A stretch of 64,000 bases of DNA from Polyangiales bacterium (GTDB taxonomy: Bacteria > Myxococcota_A > Polyangia > Polyangiales > Ga0077539): positions 64,001-128,000 of the forward strand of contig JBGARZ010000010.1 of assembly GCA_044229975.1 (NCBI GenBank). The letters run 5' to 3'. The position numbers and the translations under genes were made by a program. The notes under the pieces were generated by a model. It worked only from the letters and a program-made list of their open reading frames with translations. It had not been told where the DNA came from and did no database searches. This document shows, piece after piece, positions 1 to 10,500 of this stretch (the first letter of the stretch is position 1; every line of letters starts with the position of its first letter).

Positions 1-116
1 TCATCCCGAGGTCGGCGTGCTCACCGCGCCAGACCTGTCCCATGCCGCCTTCGCCCAGGAGGGTTCCGACGGTGTAGCGCCCGAGCGCCCGCTCTCCGGT
101 CTGCAAGCTCATGGCG

Positions 117-1385
117 TCAGTTCACCGTGGGCACCAGCCGCACGGGCTGCGTCGGCTCGATGGTTTCTCCGTCGACCAGCACCTTCGGGCGCATCGGGTC
201 GCCCTCGTCGCCGGGCTCCAGCGCCATGCCCACGCGACCGTCGGCCAGCCGCACCGTCGCGCCCGGCGGAATCTGCCCGCACTGCGTCACCAGCGAGCGC
301 ACCCACCGCGCGTCGAACTCGCCGTCCATGCCCGACGCGGCGTGCGCGAGCAGGTCGACCCGCGCCAGCACGAAGCTCACGCCACCCGGGCAGCGGTGCC
401 GCTCCAACGCGTACGCGAGCTCGATGAGGGCCATCGCGCCCGTCCAGTTGGCGGGGTCGTCGGAGCGTGTGCAGATGCCGTGCACCAGCGCGAGCGTTCG
501 CAGCCGGTGCGGCTCGACGCCCGTGCGCGCGGGCAGCGGCGCGTCGAGCATCTTGCGCAGCGCCTGGTGGGCGGCCACCTGGAAGTCGGCGCCGTCGCGG
601 TCTTCGAGGCCGTGCATCGCGATCACCACCGCGGCGTGACCGATGGCGCGACGGGTCGAGGCGACCACCTTCAGCTCCGTCAGCGCCGTCATCACGTGGT
701 GACACGCCACCAGCGCGCGCCGCGCGACGGTCCATTCGCCGGGCGCCGTGTCGAGGGCGCGCATCGTCGCCGGGGCGCTCGCTTCCATCGCGCGCTCCAG
801 GCGTCGCAGGAGACCGACGCCCGCCGACCACGGCCACGGACCTTCGCGCTTCGCGAAGATCACCTCGGCGTCGTGGATGGCCAGCGCCACCTGCGCGATG
901 GTGAACATCTCCGGGTCGACGCGGGTCGAGTCGGTGCCCCAGCGCGCGGCCGGAATCTCGCGGAAACGAAGACCGGGAAGGTGCGCGCGTTCGAGGTCGT
1001 CGCTGGGGCCCTGCGCGCCGCGGGCGAGCACGACACCGAGCGTCGCGAGGGTCTCCGCGGTAGGCGCGACCTCGACGGCCATCTCGTGCACGCCGAGGTT
1101 GGAGAGCACGGCCGCGAGGTGCTTTCCGCGGGTGAAGTTCTCGGCGTCCATCGGGACGAGCACGCGGTCACGAAACACCCCCTGGCCCACGAACTGGAGC
1201 GCGTACGGCGGCCCCGCGGCGGCCATGCTGTGCGCGAGCGCGGCGACGGTCTGGTCGACGAGCGGGTGTCGCGGGCCGTGCATCAGCACCACGCGCGACA
1301 GCACGAACATGCGCTCGACGATGGCGCGCGAGTGCGCCGCGCCGGCGGCTTCGTCGATGACGGGGGCGGGCATGGAGTCGTTCAT
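117..1385 (-). CDS. Degenerate HD-GYP-like protein
   Basis: Start MNDSMPAP overlaps the stop of the upstream gene. The C-terminus GQIPPGATVRLADGRVGMAL matches the typical HD-GYP C-terminal extension, but the HD dyad appears replaced (VIAMHGL). Confidence 0.55.
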   Translation of the reverse strand: MNDSMPAPVIDEAAGAAHSRAIVERMFVLSRVVLMHGPRHPLVDQTVAALAHSMAAAGPPYALQFVGQGVFRDRVLVPMDAENFTRGKHLAAVLSNLGVHEMAVEVAPTAETLATLGVVLARGAQGPSDDLERAHLPGLRFREIPAARWGTDSTRVDPEMFTIAQVALAIHDAEVIFAKREGPWPWSAGVGLLRRLERAMEASAPATMRALDTAPGEWTVARRALVACHHVMTALTELKVVASTRRAIGHAAVVIAMHGLEDRDGADFQVAAHQALRKMLDAPLPARTGVEPHRLRTLALVHGICTRSDDPANWTGAMALIELAYALERHRCPGGVSFVLARVDLLAHAASGMDGEFDARWVRSLVTQCGQIPPGATVRLADGRVGMALEPGDEGDPMRPKVLVDGETIEPTQPVRLVPTVN

Positions 1386-3103
1386 GAGTGGGCTCCCTTC
1401 TCGGTGCGGGCGGCCTTGAGCTGCTTGCGCATCTCCTGGAGTCGGGCGCGGACTTCGGGCGGCTCGATGAGCTCGGAGAAGCTCCAGCGCGACGACTCCT
1501 CCACGAGCGCGAGGTCGGTCGAGAGCGTGCGGAGCGCCAGCAGGCGCACCCTGGGCTCGGCCTTCGACGCGCGCGCCACCGGGAGGAGAAACTGGCGACC
1601 GAGGCCCTTCGCGAGGAGGTAGGCGCAGGAGGTGTGCAGGGCCCGCGTGCTCCACCCGACGCCGAGGGTGCGCTGGAGGCACTGGCCGACGAGGGTTCCA
1701 GACTCGGGGAGGTCGGCCTCGACGAGGGCAGGGACGAGGACGTTGACCGCGTCGGCTTCGGCCTTCGCCAGCAGCGTCGCGGTGAAGTCGACCATCTGCC
1801 GGAAGCGCAGCGGCGGGAGCTTCACCACCATGGCCGCAGCGACGCGCGGGGGAAGGATCTTGAAGAGCTCGACGAGCATCTCGCGGGTGCAGTCGGTGCT
1901 CAGGACGAGCTCCAGCACCGTGGGCGCGACCTCCTCGCGGACGCCGTGCGAAAGCAGGTGCTGCATGAACGCTGGAACACCGAGATCGAGCGCCACGCCG
2001 CGCACCCACGGAAACACCTCGGGCGACCGCTTCGCCCGCTCGACGAGCCCGGTCGCGAGGCCGATGGCGACCTTCGGCGAGCAAACGCCGAAGAACTTCC
2101 GGATGGCGAGCGCGGACTTCGCGTTGGGCGTCGCGCGACCCGCGAGGCTCTCGCCGAGGGACGGGTCGTCGAGGGCTTCCGCGAGGGCGCGCACGTAGGG
2201 GTCTTCGCGGCTGCCGAGGGAGGCGAGCAGGTCGAGCGCGCGGTCGTCGAGGGCCTCGCTGAGCTGCTGGGTGATGAGACGCGCGAGGCGCTGCGGCGTG
2301 ATGGCGCTGCGCATCTCGGGGTGGCCGAGGGTCAGGGCGATCTCGATGCGGGTCCAGCCGTAGCTGTTCTCGCAGCCGTCGGCGAGGGCCGCGGCGTCGT
2401 CGGGGTCGAGGCGCAGGGCGTCGCGGGCGACCTTGCGGGTGAAGAGTTCGAGCGGGACGTTGAACTCGTCGCGCAGCGCCGCGACGTCGAGCTCGTGCGA
2501 GGCGATGAGCTGTGCGTCGACGCCGAAGGACGTGACCGACTCGCCGCGGAAGGCCATCAGCGCGTCGTGGTGGGTGTCGTCGGAGACGGCGGCGTCCATC
2601 ACTTCCATGAAGCTCATGTGGAGCTCGACCTCGAAGCCCTCGGCGCCGTCCGACCAGATCCAGTCGCGGAAGCGGGCGAGCGCGTCGGCCTCGGGGCGCA
2701 GCGTGCGGAGCTCATCGGTGAGCGTTCGCATGTCGGATGGACGGCACGTCGACAGGATGCGGATGGTTCGCACGCCGGCCATGAACGCGGGCAGCAGCCA
2801 CGGCCCCTGCCCGCTCTCGTAGGAGAGCAGCACCTGACCGCCGCCGAGGAGCTCGGTGCCCTTCACCTCCAGCGCCCCGCCGCCCATCTCGGACCACTGC
2901 TGCACGGCGCGTTCGGCGATGAGGTCGAGCGCCGCGGGGCTCGTGCGGTTGGCCTGCACGAGCGCGTCGATGGCGGTCGCGATGCCCTTCCACGCCATGG
3001 CATCACCGCGCACCAGCGCCGCGGGCGCGACCGATCCGAGCGCGGGCGGCGGCACCGAGGCGCCGGGAGTGTATGGCCCTGGTGGTGACGAGCGGGTGGT
3101 CAT
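1382..3103 (-). CDS. Hypothetical alpha-helical (HEAT-like) protein, partner of the HD-GYP-like gene
   Basis: Long ORF with normal codon bias from MTTRSSPP; Leu/Ala-rich helical repeats; 4-bp overlap with the next gene. Confidence 0.6.
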   Translation of the reverse strand: MTTRSSPPGPYTPGASVPPPALGSVAPAALVRGDAMAWKGIATAIDALVQANRTSPAALDLIAERAVQQWSEMGGGALEVKGTELLGGGQVLLSYESGQGPWLLPAFMAGVRTIRILSTCRPSDMRTLTDELRTLRPEADALARFRDWIWSDGAEGFEVELHMSFMEVMDAAVSDDTHHDALMAFRGESVTSFGVDAQLIASHELDVAALRDEFNVPLELFTRKVARDALRLDPDDAAALADGCENSYGWTRIEIALTLGHPEMRSAITPQRLARLITQQLSEALDDRALDLLASLGSREDPYVRALAEALDDPSLGESLAGRATPNAKSALAIRKFFGVCSPKVAIGLATGLVERAKRSPEVFPWVRGVALDLGVPAFMQHLLSHGVREEVAPTVLELVLSTDCTREMLVELFKILPPRVAAAMVVKLPPLRFRQMVDFTATLLAKAEADAVNVLVPALVEADLPESGTLVGQCLQRTLGVGWSTRALHTSCAYLLAKGLGRQFLLPVARASKAEPRVRLLALRTLSTDLALVEESSRWSFSELIEPPEVRARLQEMRKQLKAARTEKGAHS

Positions 3104-3323
3104 GGCATCGGCCCCGGTGGTGGTGATGGCGTAGGGGAATGCACGGAGCGCCTTGCGAGGGCGTCGCCCGATGAAGTCCCCAACGAGGTGGCGCGCGACG
3201 CCAGGAGCGCCGTGCGTCACAACCATGACAGCGAATCCCAGCGCTGCCGATGGCAGCCCGGTGGCAACAGAATGGAAACGGGGGACACGAGCGCAACTCC
3301 ATCCTCTGGTACCGTCGGCACCC

Positions 3324-3680
3324 ATGGACCGTCGCATCGACCCCGATCGGCTCGCTCGTCTCCGCGCCCGTGTGCTCGTCATCACCGGCGCCGCCGTCAC
3401 GGCCGTCGCGTGCAACCGCCCGCCGGAGCCGCCGGTCAACCAACCCGTCGAGACCGTCAACCGACCCGCCGATCCGCCGCCCAACCCGCCGCCGCCTCCG
3501 CCGCCGCCCGATGTGCCACTGGAGACGCCCACCATCAACCCGCCGCCCACCAATCCGCCGATGCCGCCGCCGATGCCGACGGTCAACCCGCCGCCGCCGC
3601 CTCCGCCCACGCACCGGCCCCCGACGCCCAACGCGCCGGCGCATCCGCCGCGCCCGGTGATGCCGCCCGGCAACGGCTGA
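3324..3680 (+). CDS. Small proline-rich lipoprotein
   Basis: Hydrophobic stretch, lipobox-like AVAC, then (P/T/V/I)NPPP repeats. Confidence 0.55.
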   Translation: MDRRIDPDRLARLRARVLVITGAAVTAVACNRPPEPPVNQPVETVNRPADPPPNPPPPPPPPDVPLETPTINPPPTNPPMPPPMPTVNPPPPPPPTHRPPTPNAPAHPPRPVMPPGNG

Positions 3681-3705
3681 TCAAGCGTGCGATGATCCCG
3701 TCGCC

Positions 3706-5349
3706 ATGGCGCGCACGGGATTTCAGTCGCGGTTCCTCTTCGGGCGGCGCGGCACCGGTTTCATCTACCGCTTCCTCCTGACCTTCTTCGTGCTGGGCAT
3801 CGGGGCCGCCTTCGCGGCGGTCGGCGTGGGCCTCGCGTTCCAGGGGCTGCGCGAGGCGCTCGACCCCACCGCCGCGATGTACCGGCTCCGGCACGTCACG
3901 CCCGAGACGCAGACCGCGGGCGCGTTTCGTCGCGCCGTGCGGGCGAGGGTGAGGCCGGGCGAGGCGCTGCCCGTCTGCGCGGTCGTCCACGAGCACTACG
4001 TCTCGGGGAAGAACGGCGGGTGGCGCAGCGACGGTTCGTGGACGCGCTCCATGGGCATCGGCCTCGACGATCGCGCGGGCATCGAGTCCAACGAGCCCGT
4101 GGTCTTCGACCCGCTCGACCCCATCGTGGTGGGCGGCGAGCAGGAGGAGATGCTCCGCGCGGTGATCCCCGAGATGCAGTCGGGCGGCCGGGTGCGCGCC
4201 CACTGCGTCGCCGACGGGGAGCCCATTTTCGTCGAGGGCTGCGTCCGCAGCAACGGCGTCTGGAGCCAGGTCGTCGGCTGCGGCGATCAACCCATCACCA
4301 TCACCACCGGCGACGGCACCGCGCAGCCCCGCATCGACGCCCACGCCTCCGACGTCGCGGGCAAGCTCTCGGCGGGCGCCCTCGCGCTCCTCTCGGCGCT
4401 CGCCTACCTCTGGTACACGCTGCGCGCCCGGCCGCTCACCGACGCGCTCATCCGCCGCGCGGGACCAGTGCCGACCTTCACGGCATGGCGACCCATCATC
4501 GCCGTGGCGGGCACGGCGTGGCTCATCGCGATCGCCCAGGGCCTCGTGGCGTGGACGGCCCCCGACGGCAGCGCCCTCTCGCGCGTGCGCCCGGGCTACT
4601 TCGCGGGGCTCTTCGCCGTCGCCGTCGCGGCGGTGCTCGCCGTGGTGGTGCGCCATCGTCGCAACAACCTCGATCGCGCGCTGGCCCCGGTGCTGGAGGC
4701 GCCGACGGTGTCGTTGCGCGACGCGCGCGGCGGCGTGGTCGAGCTCGCCGTGGTGGTGCGCGACGACGGGCCGACGGTGCAGGGCGTCCTCGACGGGCAG
4801 CCGCACGCCTGGGTCGACGTCCGCGTGGAGGAGATGCGGCAGCAGGGCAAGCAGCAGATCGTCGACCTCCGCAAGCGGGCGTGCTGGCCGGGGAGGGTTC
4901 CGGTGAAGGACGAGAGCGGCGACGGGTGGCTCGACCTCACGCACGCCGAGCTCGACCTGCGATCGACGGTGAAGTCCTACCGGCAGGGCCACGACGTGCC
5001 TCTCGCGACGGCGCTCGAAGCGAGCGCGGTGGGGACGATCCGTCCCGACCCGGCGCACGTCCGCTGGATCGTCGAGCAGAGCGTGCTCGACCCCGGCGAG
5101 CGGCTCTACGTGCTGGGTCAGTGCAAGCGCGTGGACAACCCCAAGGCCGACGGTGGCTACCGCGCCGACGCGACCGTCCCCGTGGTGGGCGGATCGGCCG
5201 ACGCGCGGCTCATCGTGCATGCGGGCACCGAGCGCTCGCTGCTGCGTTCGATCGGGCTGGAGCGCGGGTACCTCGACCTGCTCACCGCGGTGCTCGTGGG
5301 CGTGGCGGTGTCCGTGGTCGCGACGATGATCGCCCTCGCATCGCTTTGA
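3706..5349 (+). CDS. Multi-pass membrane protein with GIDE-like soluble domain(s)
   Basis: Several TM segments; EQSVLDPGERLYVLG resembles the GIDE signature, and a similar motif (HCVADGEPIFVEG) occurs in the N-terminal half. Confidence 0.55.
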   Translation: MARTGFQSRFLFGRRGTGFIYRFLLTFFVLGIGAAFAAVGVGLAFQGLREALDPTAAMYRLRHVTPETQTAGAFRRAVRARVRPGEALPVCAVVHEHYVSGKNGGWRSDGSWTRSMGIGLDDRAGIESNEPVVFDPLDPIVVGGEQEEMLRAVIPEMQSGGRVRAHCVADGEPIFVEGCVRSNGVWSQVVGCGDQPITITTGDGTAQPRIDAHASDVAGKLSAGALALLSALAYLWYTLRARPLTDALIRRAGPVPTFTAWRPIIAVAGTAWLIAIAQGLVAWTAPDGSALSRVRPGYFAGLFAVAVAAVLAVVVRHRRNNLDRALAPVLEAPTVSLRDARGGVVELAVVVRDDGPTVQGVLDGQPHAWVDVRVEEMRQQGKQQIVDLRKRACWPGRVPVKDESGDGWLDLTHAELDLRSTVKSYRQGHDVPLATALEASAVGTIRPDPAHVRWIVEQSVLDPGERLYVLGQCKRVDNPKADGGYRADATVPVVGGSADARLIVHAGTERSLLRSIGLERGYLDLLTAVLVGVAVSVVATMIALASL

Positions 5350-5375
5350 GGGCTGTACTAGGCTCCCGCGCCACG

Positions 5376-5759
5376 ATGCGGACAGAACAGGACGTCGAGC
5401 AGTACCTCCGGGATTTCAACATCCCCTATCAGGGTCTCGGGGATGGGCTCTTCGTGGTGACCGACGAGTCGTCGGGCCTGCGCAACCTGGCCATCAAGGT
5501 CGAGTCGCCCGTGGTGGTGTTTCGCCTGCGCGTGCTCGACGCGCCCGTCCCCGGCACGCAGGGCCGCGAAGCCCTCTTCGAGCGCCTGCTGCGCCTCAAC
5601 GGATCAGGGCTGCTGCACAGCGCGTTTGGTCTGCAGGACGACGGCATCTACCTGACGGCGGCGCTGCCGCTCGACAACCTCGACCCCAACGAGCTTCAGG
5701 CGGTGGTCGACGATCTGGGCATCGCGGCGTCGCAGCACGTCGCGGCGCTGCGCGGATAA
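5376..5759 (+). CDS. YbjN/CesT-type (T3SS chaperone fold) protein
   Basis: 127-aa acidic protein with LFERLLRLN...HSAFGL...LDNLDPNEL, typical of the CesT/YbjN family. Confidence 0.7.
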   Translation: MRTEQDVEQYLRDFNIPYQGLGDGLFVVTDESSGLRNLAIKVESPVVVFRLRVLDAPVPGTQGREALFERLLRLNGSGLLHSAFGLQDDGIYLTAALPLDNLDPNELQAVVDDLGIAASQHVAALRG

Positions 5760-5817
5760 AGGCCCTCTCTCAAGAGAACTCCTCCCCTCCCAACACCCGA
5801 TCGGACAGAGAGCCTCC

Positions 5818-6627
<810 letters not shown>

Positions 6628-6665
6628 CGGTCGCGCCGCGGCGGATTACCCGTCCGGCCACTCCA

Positions 6666-7043
6666 ATGCCTACCTACTCCTATCAGTGCAGCGCCTGCGG
6701 TCACGCCTTCGAGCAGGTTCAGCGCATGAGCGACGACCCGACGAAGGTGTGTCCCTCGTGCGGGGTCGAGGCGGTGCGGCGGCTCATCAACTCCGCCAAC
6801 TTCATCCTCAAGGGCTCCGGCTGGTACGCCGACCTTTACAGCGGCGGCTCCAACAAGAAGAGCGAGAGCAGCGGCAGCAAGGTCGGCTCCAACGTCGCGA
6901 CGCCCGCCACGGGTGACGCGTCGAGCTCGTCATCGAGCGGCGACGGTGCGGCGAGCAGCACGAGCAGCAGTGACAGCAGCAGCGCGGGGTCGAGCACCAC
7001 GGCCGCAGCCCCCCCTCCTCCCTCCACCACCAAGACGAGCTGA
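6666..7043 (+). CDS. FmdB family zinc-ribbon regulatory protein
   Basis: MPTYSYQCSACGHAFE...CPSCG...FILKGSGWY plus a Ser-rich tail. Confidence 0.9.
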   Translation: MPTYSYQCSACGHAFEQVQRMSDDPTKVCPSCGVEAVRRLINSANFILKGSGWYADLYSGGSNKKSESSGSKVGSNVATPATGDASSSSSSGDGAASSTSSSDSSSAGSSTTAAAPPPPSTTKTS

Positions 7044-7051
7044 GACCTCAC

Positions 7052-7369
7052 ATGGCGATTCTCAACGAGGAATGGCAGCAGCTTCTCGCGGACTACCGCG
7101 AGTACCACGACGACTTCATCTGCGAGGCGACGCACCTCGTGGGCATCCCGATGATCATGGCGTCGATCCCCGCGATGATCATTCCCCCGGTGGGCATCGG
7201 CCTCTTCGCCGCGGGGTGGACGCTCCAGGGCATCGGGCACGTGTCCAAGGGCAATCCGCCGAAGTTCTTCGGCGACAAGCGCAACCTGCTGGTGGGCGCC
7301 ATCTGGTGGTTCGACACCGTGCTGCGCCCGGTGGGCCTCGGCGAGCCGCTCTTCGGCAAGCGTGCGTAG
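7052..7369 (+). CDS. DUF962 / Mpo1-like membrane protein
   Basis: YREYH...THLVGIP...GWTLQGIGH..KGNPP.FF His motifs. Confidence 0.8.
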   Translation: MAILNEEWQQLLADYREYHDDFICEATHLVGIPMIMASIPAMIIPPVGIGLFAAGWTLQGIGHVSKGNPPKFFGDKRNLLVGAIWWFDTVLRPVGLGEPLFGKRA

Positions 7370-7574
7370 TCTCTCGTCGCTCCGCTGTCGTATGGCGGGT
7401 GTCCGTCGTCGTCGGAGGCACTCCGCCGCGCGCGTCGTCAACGCCAAAACCCGTCAGGCCGCGGTGACGTCGCTCGTCCAACCAACGTCACAAACACCCT
7501 GAATTCTCGCGGCCCCGGAATCGCATGGGTCGGCGGTTCGCCGTCGACATCCACCCCTGCATTTCGGAACCGCG

Positions 7575-10500
7575 ATGACCCACGCCTCACACTCGCTCGT
7601 CGCCGAGCGCGAGACTCCGCTCGCCCCGTGGCCCAACCACAACGACCTCGTCTCCGCTCTCGCCGAGCACGTCACACGCTACGGGAGCGTCTTTCGCCTC
7701 CCCGCCTTTCGCCCGACGTACGTGCTCAGCGGAGCAGAGGGCATGCGGGTGATGGACGACCTCCAGCACGTCGAACGCACGCTCGTCGTGATGCCGCCCG
7801 ACGCGCACCTGCTGCTCGCCAACGACGGCATCGGTCCGCTCAGCTCCACCGACGGCGCGGAGCACTTCCGCCGGCTCTCCGCGTGGGTCTCGCCCGACGC
7901 GCTCGACCCCGCGGGGCTCGCGGCGTCGTTTCAACGCATCCAACGCAGCGTCGACGACATCCTCTCGGGATGGGAGCGCCTCGGGCTCTTCTCGCTCGCG
8001 CTGGAGGTGCAGCGGGCGACGTGGCGCCTCTCGACGATGCTCCTGCTCGGGCGCGAGGCCGAAGGTCACCGGCTGGTCGACGTCGACACCCGCTCGAAGT
8101 CGACGCAGGCGTCCGAGCGTGAGGCCGCCAAGGCGCGGCTGCTCGCGTGGCTCGATGGTGAGGCCGCGGAGTTCGAGGGTGGCAGCGCCCGCGCGCCGTG
8201 GTGCCTGGGCGCGAAGCTCGCCGCCGCCGGAACGCTGTCGCGCGCTGAGCTCGTCAACGAGATCAACCACGGGCTGACCGCGGGGATGTTCGGGTGCGTT
8301 CCGACCACCGAGGCGTTGCACCGACTCTGCCGCGACCGCGAGCTGCTGGCCGAGCTCCGCGCCGAGCACCGCGCCCTCGGCGGTGACATTTCACTCGCAG
8401 CCCTGCGCCGCACGCCGAAGCTCCTCAAGCTCATCGACGAATCGCTGCGCCTCACTACGCCGGTTCCGCTGCTCTACGCCCGCGCGAAGCACGACTTCCT
8501 CATCGACGGCGTGCTCATCCCGGCGGGCGCGACGCTGCTCGGCGCCGCCCAAGCGACCAACCAGGACGCCGGCTTCGTGTCGACCGCGCACGACAAACAC
8601 GTCGCGTCGCCCGCGGCCAACATCGCCTTCGGCATCGGCCGCCACTGGTGCCCCGCGGCCAACGTCGCGACCGTCTCCATGTGGCTGCTCGCGACGAAGC
8701 TCCTCGCTTCGTACGACCTGCGCGCCCTCGACGAGACCGACATCCCGGTGCGCCGGGCGAGCGGACTCTCCGCGCCGCGGGGCGCCTGGGTGCGCTTCGG
8801 CCGCGGAACCCTCGATGGCCCCATGCACGCCGCCGCGAAGCGCGCCCCCACGCTGCCGACGCCCGCGGCGGACGACGCGTCGCCGCCGCCCGACCTCGAC
8901 GCGCGCATCGCGATCGTGGGCGCGGGCATCACCGGGCTCACCGTCGCGCATGAGCTGCGCAAGCGGGGCTTTCGGCACGTCACGGTGTTCGAGGGGGCGC
9001 CCTCGGTGGGCGGCAAGGCGGATACGGTTCACGTCGATGGGCGGCCGTACAACCTGGGCGCGCACCTCTGCCACGGCAGCCTCGGCGTCGCGGCGCTCGC
9101 GAAGGACGTCGGCGTCGCGATGGAGCGAACGACCTCCTACGCGCTCTGGGACATCGACCACAACCGCGCGGTGCCGCGCCGTTATCAAGACCTCGCGGAG
9201 TTCGACAAGCTGCGTCGGTGGATCGCCGCGCGCCCCGAGCTGACCCGCGAGGCGGGCTTCGCGGCCGAGGCCGAGACCTACCCCGTGGTCGACCGCTGGC
9301 TCGCCGCCAACGACCTCGGGGGATTGCGCGAGGTGGGGCCGTTCTTCACCGGCGCGGGCTATGGCTTCATGGACGAGGACGTGCCGGCGGCGTTCTTCCT
9401 GAAGTTTGCGCAGCACATGGCCGAGGAGGGGTGGACCCCGTCGGGCGGCTACAAGCACCTGCTGGAGACCGTGAGCCGCGGGCTCGATGTGCGCTGCGCG
9501 ACGACGGTCGAGCGCGTCGTGCGAACGAAGGGCGAGGGCGTCCGGCTGACGACGCGCGCTGCCGGAGAAGAGGCGCGGACGGAGACCTTCGACCGGCTGG
9601 TGCTCACCGGGCCGCTGGAGCACGCGCACCGCTACCTCGATCAGAGCGACGAGGAGTCGGCGCTGTTTTCGCGGGTTCGTTCGGACGAGTACTACACGGT
9701 GCTCGCCACGCTCGACGTCGCGTCGCCCCACGCGGCGGGGCTCTACATCGTGCCCGGCAACACCGCGACGCGGGGCGAAGGCGGTCGCACCACGGCCTTC
9801 GTCCGCATGTACGACGAGAGCCGCGTCTATCACTTCTTCGGCTACGGCGTGCCTGGTCAGAGCGACGAGTCCATCCTCGAACGGGTGCGCGCCGACGCCC
9901 GCTCGCTCGGCGGCGAGATCACCGAGGTGCACGTATTCCGCAAGTGGGCCTATGCGCCGCGCGTCTCGCCGCACGACATGGCGCTCGGCTTCCACGCGAA
10001 GCTCGATCGCCTCCAGGGGCGCGCGGGCACCTACTACGCGGGGAGCCTCCTGGCCTTCGAGCTCACCGACCACAACGTGCTCTTCGCGCAGAGCCTCGTC
10101 GCGCGCTTCTTCTCCCCCGACGCCGCGCGCCCCGCGGTCGACGCGCCCGTCGCCAGTGACCCGCTGTGCCGGGTACCCGAGCGCGGAACGTCGTCCATCC
10201 TCGACGTGCTCCGCGAGCGCTACGAGCGCACGCCCGACGCGCCGGTGACCACCTTCCTCGACGCCAGGGGCAAGGAGGTGCGCACGCTCACGTACCGCGG
10301 TCTCGTCGAGCGCGCGACGGCCTGCGCGGTGGCCCTCGGCGATGCGAGCGTGCGGGACGGCGACCGCGTCGCGCTGGTGTACCCGCCCGACACCGATGAG
10401 TTTCTCGTGGGCTTCTTCGGGTGCCTGTTGGCGGGCGCCGTGGCGGTGCCCATCGCGTCGCCCGACCCGCGCGCGCTCGACGTCGAGGTGCCGCGCTTCG

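Noticed and set aside
3104..3673. Gly-rich N-terminal extension of the 763-aa minus-strand ORF
   Set aside because: It is the antisense reading of the Pro-rich lipoprotein gene; the start at 3103 fits better.
5376..5759. CesT-like gene as evidence for a type III secretion system
   Set aside because: No T3SS structural genes are present; the context is pspA.
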